Source: a virus. Taken from it: a DNA stretch of 25,161 nucleotides. A model generated the notes under the pieces. That model was not told the DNA's origin. It saw nothing but the letters and a program-made list of their open reading frames with translations, and searched no databases. The stretch is from UHGV virus genome UHGV-1407879; one strand, given 5' to 3'. The stretch's first letter is position 1; the number at the start of each line of letters is the position of its first letter. A program made the position numbers and the translations under genes. Shown piece after piece: positions 19,644 through 25,161 of this stretch.

Positions 19644-20657
19644 ATGCTCATGAAAAATGATGATGTTAGTGGGAAGGCCAAAGGCGGTAAGGCACGCGCG
19701 GCAAAAATGACAGCAGAGCAAAGAAAAGAATCCTCAAGAAAGGCTGTTGCCGCAAAAAAAGAAAAAGCTTTATTGCCCGTATCTGCGAATGAGGGAAAGT
19801 TAAAGATCGGTGATGCGGAATTAGATGTCGCGGTTCTCGAAAATGGACGGCGTATCATATCACAAGCTTCTGTTTTTAAAGCATTTGGCCGACCACAAAG
19901 AGGGGGTAGAGCACCTCAAGAAGAGGGTGTGATCAATATGCCCGCTTTTATGGATGCTGCAAACCTTAAAAAATATATAAATCAAGATGTTATGGATGTG
20001 ATCAATAAGGTCAAATACAAGACGATTACTGGCTCCGTCCAGGAAGGTTATGACGCATCCATAATACCTCTTGTCTGCGATGTTTATTTAAAGGCAAGAG
20101 AGGCAGGCGCTATCACCAGGCCAAACCAGTTAGAGACAGCCAAGAAAGCTGAAATTCTGGTGCGCTCATTAGCTAAAGTCGGAATAATAGCGCTTGTTGA
20201 TGAAGCGACGGGGTACCAGCGAGATAGAGAAAAAGATGCACTCGCCAAAATACTCGAGGCCTTTGTCGCAAAGGAAATTCAACCTTATATTACAACATTT
20301 CCTGCTGATTATTATGAAGAGCTTTTCAGGTTAAGGGGCTTAGAATCCCCGCCGGAAAATCCCCGCTTCCGGCCTCAGTATTTTGGCGTTTTGACAAATG
20401 ATATCGTCTACAAGAGATTGGCACCAAACATCCTTGAGGAGCTTAAAAAGCAGAACGTAAAGGCCTCAAAAGGTACAAAGTTGTTTCAGGGGCTGACGCC
20501 AAATATTGGATATCAAAAATTAAGAGAGCATCTGTCATCAACCGTTACGATTATGAAGCTATCTAACGATTATTCAGATTTTATTGCAAAAATGAATCGC
20601 CTGCATCCAAGGTTTGAGGATGTGAAAACAGACGAACTGGATGATTCAGACAAGTAA
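19644..20657 (+). CDS. Hypothetical protein with lysine-rich basic N-terminus (338 aa from ATG 19644; ORF open from 19590)
   Basis: Long ORF with own promoter/operator upstream and terminator downstream. The track start at 19590 is a TTG inside the operator; ATGs at 19608, 19614, 19644 and 19650 are alternative starts. Basic low-complexity N-terminal tail (SGKAKGGKARAAKMTAEQRKESSRKAVAAKKEK) then globular domain. Confidence 0.6.
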   Translation: MLMKNDDVSGKAKGGKARAAKMTAEQRKESSRKAVAAKKEKALLPVSANEGKLKIGDAELDVAVLENGRRIISQASVFKAFGRPQRGGRAPQEEGVINMPAFMDAANLKKYINQDVMDVINKVKYKTITGSVQEGYDASIIPLVCDVYLKAREAGAITRPNQLETAKKAEILVRSLAKVGIIALVDEATGYQRDREKDALAKILEAFVAKEIQPYITTFPADYYEELFRLRGLESPPENPRFRPQYFGVLTNDIVYKRLAPNILEELKKQNVKASKGTKLFQGLTPNIGYQKLREHLSSTVTIMKLSNDYSDFIAKMNRLHPRFEDVKTDELDDSDK

Positions 20658-20661
20658 CAGT

Positions 20662-20686
20662 AACCCACCTTCAGGTGGGTTTTTTG
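20662..20686. terminator. Bidirectional rho-independent terminator between convergent genes
   Basis: ACCCACC-TTCA-GGTGGGT hairpin followed by TTTTT on + strand; A-run on the other side; overlaps the last codons of mnt. Confidence 0.65.
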
Positions 20687-20922
20687 TACAAATCCTTCAG
20701 CGTATCAAACACCATCTTCTTAACAAGCTCTGACTGCTCATCAGCGAGTCGTTCTGCATCGTCGCGATAGCCTGCAATCGGTGATGGTTTTGATAGCGCA
20801 TCCTGAACGATTTGTAATAACTCTGAGTTCATTGACCTTCCGTTAGCCTCTGCTCTTAATTTCAATTTTTCTCTTACTTCCAAAGGCATACGGAAGTTAA
20901 AGTGCGGATCGTCTCTAGCCAT
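20671..20922 (-). CDS. mnt: Mnt repressor (ribbon-helix-helix)
   Basis: 83 aa, near-identical to P22 Mnt from memory (ARDDPHFNFRMP.EVREKLK.RAEANGRSMNSELLQIVQDALSKPSP...). Confidence 0.9.
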   Translation of the reverse strand: MARDDPHFNFRMPLEVREKLKLRAEANGRSMNSELLQIVQDALSKPSPIAGYRDDAERLADEQSELVKKMVFDTLKDLYKKPT

Positions 20923-20945
20923 GCCATCACTCCAAGTTAGTATCT

Positions 20946-21209
20946 CTAACTTTCGTCTTTATTGTTGCTATACATGCATTTCAACTTCTCAACATCATGT
21001 TCAAGATCTATCAATCGTGATGCTATAGTTGCAAGGTCTAGTGCTTGAATGTGTTTATTTTTTTCGGTCCATGCTTCAAGTGCCGCGACCATCTCAGCAT
21101 TTAATGAACGAGAATTAGCCTCAGCCAGTTCAATAAGACGTTCCTTTATCTCTACAGGAAGCCTCAGATTCACTTGAGGGTTTTTGTACTTACGATCAGA
21201 CATTGGCAC
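20946..21209 (-). CDS. Second Mnt/Arc-family ribbon-helix-helix regulator (87 aa)
   Basis: N-terminal RHH signature (NLRLPVEIKERLIELAEANSRSLNAEMVAAL) plus C-terminal helical extension as in Mnt; lies between mnt and the operator region. Confidence 0.7.
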   Translation of the reverse strand: MPMSDRKYKNPQVNLRLPVEIKERLIELAEANSRSLNAEMVAALEAWTEKNKHIQALDLATIASRLIDLEHDVEKLKCMYSNNKDES

Positions 21210-21249
21210 ATCCTGAATAATTTTTTACCACAGGATATGTAGGTATCTA

Positions 21250-21278
21250 TTGACTATCAATGCGTACCTAAATACTAT
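21250..21278 (+). promoter_or_regulatory. Pant-like promoter with overlapping operator repeats
   Basis: -35 TTGACT (21250-21255), 17-bp spacer, -10 TACTAT (21273-21278); palindrome ATTGA-CTA-TCAAT (21249-21261); direct repeats ATGCGTACC at 21260-21268 and 21281-21289. Confidence 0.55.
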
Positions 21279-21308
21279 GTATGCGTACCACATACAACGG
21301 AGGATGCA

Positions 21309-21449
21309 ATGAAGGTAAAAACACTGCGTATGCCAGAGAAGTTAGAAAAAATCCTTGAAGAGAAAGCAAAGGAAGAGTGTCGCTCATTTAGTGCAGAAGT
21401 AATTAAACGGGTGATGGACAGCCTGAAGAGAGAGGGGATAACGGTATGA
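21309..21449 (+). CDS. arc: Arc-like ribbon-helix-helix repressor (46 aa)
   Basis: Not in the ORF track (under 60 aa). GGAGG 6 nt upstream of ATG 21309; translation MKVKTLRMPEKLEKILEEKAKEECRSFSAEVIKRVMDSLKREGITV aligns with the P22 Arc strand-helix-helix pattern (FNLRWPREVLDLVRKVAEENGRSVNSEIYQRVMESFKKEG). Confidence 0.7.
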   Translation: MKVKTLRMPEKLEKILEEKAKEECRSFSAEVIKRVMDSLKREGITV

Positions 21450-21649
21450 GTAAAGAATGTTGTTTCTGCGGCATTAGCGAATCAGACGCTGATCAAACAT
21501 ACATTTACTCTAAAGAAACAGGTCGGATGCTGTGTAGTGACTGCGTGTTGGACATCATAAGATACAAGCATCTTGGATGTTCTGCCAGCATTAGCAATAT
21601 AGGTGAAGTATATGAAGGGAAAGATATAACTGATAGAGCAGAAAGTTGA
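21446..21649 (+). CDS. Small Cys-rich protein (67 aa), putative zinc-ribbon
   Basis: ATGA overlap with the arc stop (translational coupling); cysteine pattern CCFC...CSDC...C. Confidence 0.5.
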   Translation: MSKECCFCGISESDADQTYIYSKETGRMLCSDCVLDIIRYKHLGCSASISNIGEVYEGKDITDRAES

Positions 21650-21712
21650 AGCCCCAACTGCGGTAACAGTCAGGGCTTCGGTATCGTAAAACCACGCATA
21701 GGAATTAACGAC

Positions 21713-22636
21713 ATGAAAAGTATAGCAACAGCAGTATCTACTATCAATGTACCATTCCACGGCGCAGAGCTTTATGTTGTTAATCACAACGGTGAGCCGT
21801 ACACCCCAATGAAACCTATCGTTGAGGGAATGGGTATGGATTGGGCTTCACAGTTTACAAAGTTAAAACAAAGATTTGCTAAAGGTATTGTGGAAATCGC
21901 AATACCTTCAGTTGGCGGTGTGCAGAACATGATTTGCCTTGCTTTACGTAAACTGAATGGCTGGTTGCAAACCATCAGCCCTAACAAAGTCCGCCCTGAA
22001 ATCCGCGACAATGTAATCCAGTATCAAGAAGAGTGTGACGATGTGCTATACGAGTACTGGACTAAAGGCCATGTAGTTAACCCACGCAAAGCTAAAAAGG
22101 CGTTGCCGGGTAAAATCACCACTGAACAGCAGGAAGCCATTAAACAACTCGTCATGAGTCGCGGTCAGTCTCTGCCAAAAGAAAAACAGGCTAAGGCGAT
22201 GATCACCATGTGGTCGTCACTAAAATCCCATTTTGGATGTTCGTACAAAGAAATCAGTGAGGAGCAGTTTACCGAAGCACTATCACTTGCAGCTCGAGTT
22301 CCACTTGAAGGTGAGTTCATTGGCAAACAAGAGAAGAAAACCAACGAGCTTTCTGCAAAAGAAGCAAACAGCCTTGTATGGTTATGGGATTATGCCAACC
22401 GCTCACAGGCATTATTCCGCGAACTGTATCCGGCATTAAAACAAATTCAATCGAACTATTCCGGCAGATGTCATGACTGCGGTTATGAGTTCTCCCGTAT
22501 TATCGATATAGCGAGAGACGTTTTAATCAATCACACACGAGATGTTGATATCAATGAGCCAGACGGACCAACGAATCTTTCCGCATGGATGAGACTTAAG
22601 AATAAAGAATTACCTCCTTCAGTACATAACTACTGA
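21713..22636 (+). CDS. ant: Antirepressor Ant-like protein
   Basis: 307 aa in the position of P22 ant (downstream of arc, upstream of tailspike); assignment by synteny and size, not by recalled sequence. Confidence 0.55.
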   Translation: MKSIATAVSTINVPFHGAELYVVNHNGEPYTPMKPIVEGMGMDWASQFTKLKQRFAKGIVEIAIPSVGGVQNMICLALRKLNGWLQTISPNKVRPEIRDNVIQYQEECDDVLYEYWTKGHVVNPRKAKKALPGKITTEQQEAIKQLVMSRGQSLPKEKQAKAMITMWSSLKSHFGCSYKEISEEQFTEALSLAARVPLEGEFIGKQEKKTNELSAKEANSLVWLWDYANRSQALFRELYPALKQIQSNYSGRCHDCGYEFSRIIDIARDVLINHTRDVDINEPDGPTNLSAWMRLKNKELPPSVHNY

Positions 22637-22654
22637 CAGATAACCAACGCAACG

Positions 22655-22679
22655 ACCCAGCTTCGGCTGGGTTTTTTTA
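22655..22679 (+). terminator. Rho-independent terminator downstream of ant
   Basis: CCCAGC-TTCG-GCTGGG hairpin followed by TTTTTTT. Confidence 0.7.
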
Positions 22680-22814
22680 TGCCCAAAATTCACCGCAGCA
22701 ACTAAGCGGCGATGGCCTTGATGGATAGCACTACACAAAAAGTGTAGTGCAAAAAGCAAACAAATACTCACCGTAGCTACGCTGCGGCGATTCATTGTAT
22801 CTGGAGCAAATTAA

Positions 22815-24965
22815 ATGACAGACATTACAGCCAATGTGATCGTATCGATGCCTTCGCAACTCTTCACTATGGCGCGTTCTTTTAAAGCCGTAGCCAATGG
22901 CAAAATTTATATCGGTAAAATTGACACTGATCCTGTAAATACAGAAAACCAGATTCAGGTCTATGTGGAGAATGAAGACGGTTCTCACGTTCCTGTTTCG
23001 CAACCAATAATCATTAACGCTGCTGGATATCCGGTATATAACGGACAGATTGCCAAATTCGTTACCGTGCAAGGCCATTCTATGGCTGTTTATGATGCGT
23101 ATGGTGCGCAGCAGTTCTATTTTCCTAATGTGCTGAAGTATGACCCTGATCAACTACGGCAGCAATTAGAAGACCCGGATGGAGCTAAAAAATATCCTGA
23201 ATTGCAGATATCTCGGTGGAGGGACGATTGTGATGTAAGAGGGTGGGGGGCAAAAGGCGATGGTATAACAGATGATACATCTGCATTGATCTTGGCTGCA
23301 GAATATGCACGAGAATCATCCAAAACATTACGAGCGGAAGGTAATTTTATTATTACGGAGACATTAAATCTTCGTAATGTCAGCCTCGAAATGACCAATG
23401 CTGTTTTTACCATATCCCACTCAGGAATAGGGGTATTGCTTGGCGGGAATGCATCAAACCCTAACAACCCAAGACAAAACTTCGGAACGATTATCAGAAA
23501 TTCTGGTATTTCATCTGAAACGACACCGGATATTCGTATTATTGGGGCAAAAGGGCAGCATATAAACATTGAGCGTTGCGACTACTTACAGTTATATGCA
23601 AATTATAATGCTTCGGTGGCATCGACGGATTATTCAATAGCATACTCAACCTTTAACCTGAAAAAGGTCGATACAATTCATTTTCTTGGAGTTGAGAACG
23701 GATGGATAAATGAAAACTATTTTTATCTGAATCGTACGAATAATATCATTTTCGCTGATAATCCATATCATCATAACCACAATAAGTTTTATGGTGGAAC
23801 TATGGAGGGGGCAGGTAAAATTGATATTCAAAGAGGTGATAACAATTACTTCTACGGGTTTCGTTTTGAACGATATCCATCATCCCCAACTAACCAACAG
23901 TTGATAATTAACTTTGGTGAATATACGTGGAATAACTCAATTGAGGCTTCATGGTTAAGTTCTCCTTACTATACAAATGAACCATACAATCCATCACCTT
24001 ACACTTATGTAGAGGTAACTGATAATGGCAAGGGGAATGCAGTATTTCATGTTCAGGAAAATATATCCGATGAAGTAACATTGTTTTCTTTAAATGCTAA
24101 CACCCCATTTATATCCAGTGCCAACAATGGAGAAGTTGGTGCATTAGCATATCAAACAGATGTAGATGGTTTATATAATATCCGTCACCTAGTTTCTTCT
24201 AAGTTTGCTTTTATGCGGAATTTTGGGTTGTTATGGGAATCTGGAGATGTACCAGTAAGAAATGGTGATATGTTTACATTCTCAGCAGATACGGCATCGT
24301 TTCGCATTTACCTGTATGCATTAGATGGAGATGGGAATGTCATAACTTCACAAACAGAAGCAATAACTTCTTCTATGCAATGGGATTCATCTAACCATAG
24401 ATATGCTACTGTTGCTAACATTTCTTCCATTAAGATCAGGATTAATAATGAAGGGGTTCCAGTTAGTGCAATTCGTTTAGCTGTGTATTCTGGTGGTAAT
24501 GTAGCGAATACTGCATTTTCATGGCTATGCTTAACTGGTAGATATTACAAAAATAGCACATCCTTGCCAAGGAAAAGCAAAGATAACTTCACCTTAAAAC
24601 AAGGAAAAGCAATTACTTATTATAGTGATACTGATATTAGTATGGCTAACATTGGTTCAGGAATTACCTGTTATAAAACCGATTTATCTGAAATCAAAAT
24701 TAATCTTGTAAGGGGCAGGTATGTAGTGAAATCAATTTCAGGCAGTGAAATATATGTATACCAAGGAACAGTCACTTATTACCCTCCATTCAGTGATGTC
24801 AAATTGGTATATACGGATGGGGTTGAAAATAAATTATTAGATGTGCAAAACATCTCTTCAGGAAAGATTACTCTTGCAGATACAGTACCATCAGCTATAT
24901 CTGCAGGTGATTTTGTAGATGTTATTGTTACGAAGACGAAGTCTATTTTATCCAGTGCGCCGTAA
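22815..24965 (+). CDS. Tailspike protein: P22 gp9-like head-binding N-domain fused to a divergent receptor-binding domain
   Basis: 716 aa; N-terminal ~115 aa closely matches P22 tailspike from memory ([11 protein letters not shown]...[21 protein letters not shown]...VLKYDPDQ). The remainder is unrelated, visibly AT-rich, with a pectate-lyase-fold-like motif ([14 protein letters not shown]). Confidence 0.9.
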   Translation: MTDITANVIVSMPSQLFTMARSFKAVANGKIYIGKIDTDPVNTENQIQVYVENEDGSHVPVSQPIIINAAGYPVYNGQIAKFVTVQGHSMAVYDAYGAQQFYFPNVLKYDPDQLRQQLEDPDGAKKYPELQISRWRDDCDVRGWGAKGDGITDDTSALILAAEYARESSKTLRAEGNFIITETLNLRNVSLEMTNAVFTISHSGIGVLLGGNASNPNNPRQNFGTIIRNSGISSETTPDIRIIGAKGQHINIERCDYLQLYANYNASVASTDYSIAYSTFNLKKVDTIHFLGVENGWINENYFYLNRTNNIIFADNPYHHNHNKFYGGTMEGAGKIDIQRGDNNYFYGFRFERYPSSPTNQQLIINFGEYTWNNSIEASWLSSPYYTNEPYNPSPYTYVEVTDNGKGNAVFHVQENISDEVTLFSLNANTPFISSANNGEVGALAYQTDVDGLYNIRHLVSSKFAFMRNFGLLWESGDVPVRNGDMFTFSADTASFRIYLYALDGDGNVITSQTEAITSSMQWDSSNHRYATVANISSIKIRINNEGVPVSAIRLAVYSGGNVANTAFSWLCLTGRYYKNSTSLPRKSKDNFTLKQGKAITYYSDTDISMANIGSGITCYKTDLSEIKINLVRGRYVVKSISGSEIYVYQGTVTYYPPFSDVKLVYTDGVENKLLDVQNISSGKITLADTVPSAISAGDFVDVIVTKTKSILSSAP

Positions 24966-25161
24966 AACCCCGTTCTGCATGGTATGGAGGATGTCAGCAC
25001 GTGCGTGGGATATGGCAAGCCTGATGGATTTTTCTATGCCGTTGGTGGTGTGCCCGCTGATCTGGCTGTTGAGCCGTTAAATATAAAAAGCCGCAGTAAC
25101 TTGTCATGATAGGATACTGCGGCTGGCTGGTTAACTTTCGATAGTGCGAGTATTGAATGAT

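Noticed and set aside
22731-23569. Two minus-strand ORFs (140 aa and 139 aa)
   Set aside because: Both lie within or antisense to the tailspike gene and its upstream region; likely artefacts of AT-rich sequence lacking stop codons in that frame.
1-25161. tRNA genes, CRISPR arrays, integrase/att sites, IS elements
   Set aside because: No cloverleaf-compatible segments, repeat-spacer arrays or transposase/integrase-like ORFs were seen; the window is packed with phage late genes.

Overview
This window is the late region of a mosaic lambdoid prophage or phage, almost entirely on the + strand. It joins a phage-lambda-type nin/Q/lysis cassette (1-4266) to a P22-like packaging, head and tail module (5376-19160). 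An immI-like regulatory island (Mnt, a second Mnt-like gene, Arc-like, Ant-like) and a chimeric tailspike follow (20671-24965). All family assignments rest on reading the supplied translations against remembered lambda and P22 proteins; no database search was run. The most interesting locus is an AT-rich, divergently transcribed two-gene insertion at 19161-20657, in the slot where P22 carries sieA. It encodes a small membrane coiled-coil protein and a 355-aa protein with a lysine-rich N-terminus, separated by a promoter region with three ACGTGCA operator half-sites. It is a candidate superinfection-exclusion or defence/counter-defence moron, but that function is inference only. No tRNA, rRNA, CRISPR array, integrase or att site was seen.
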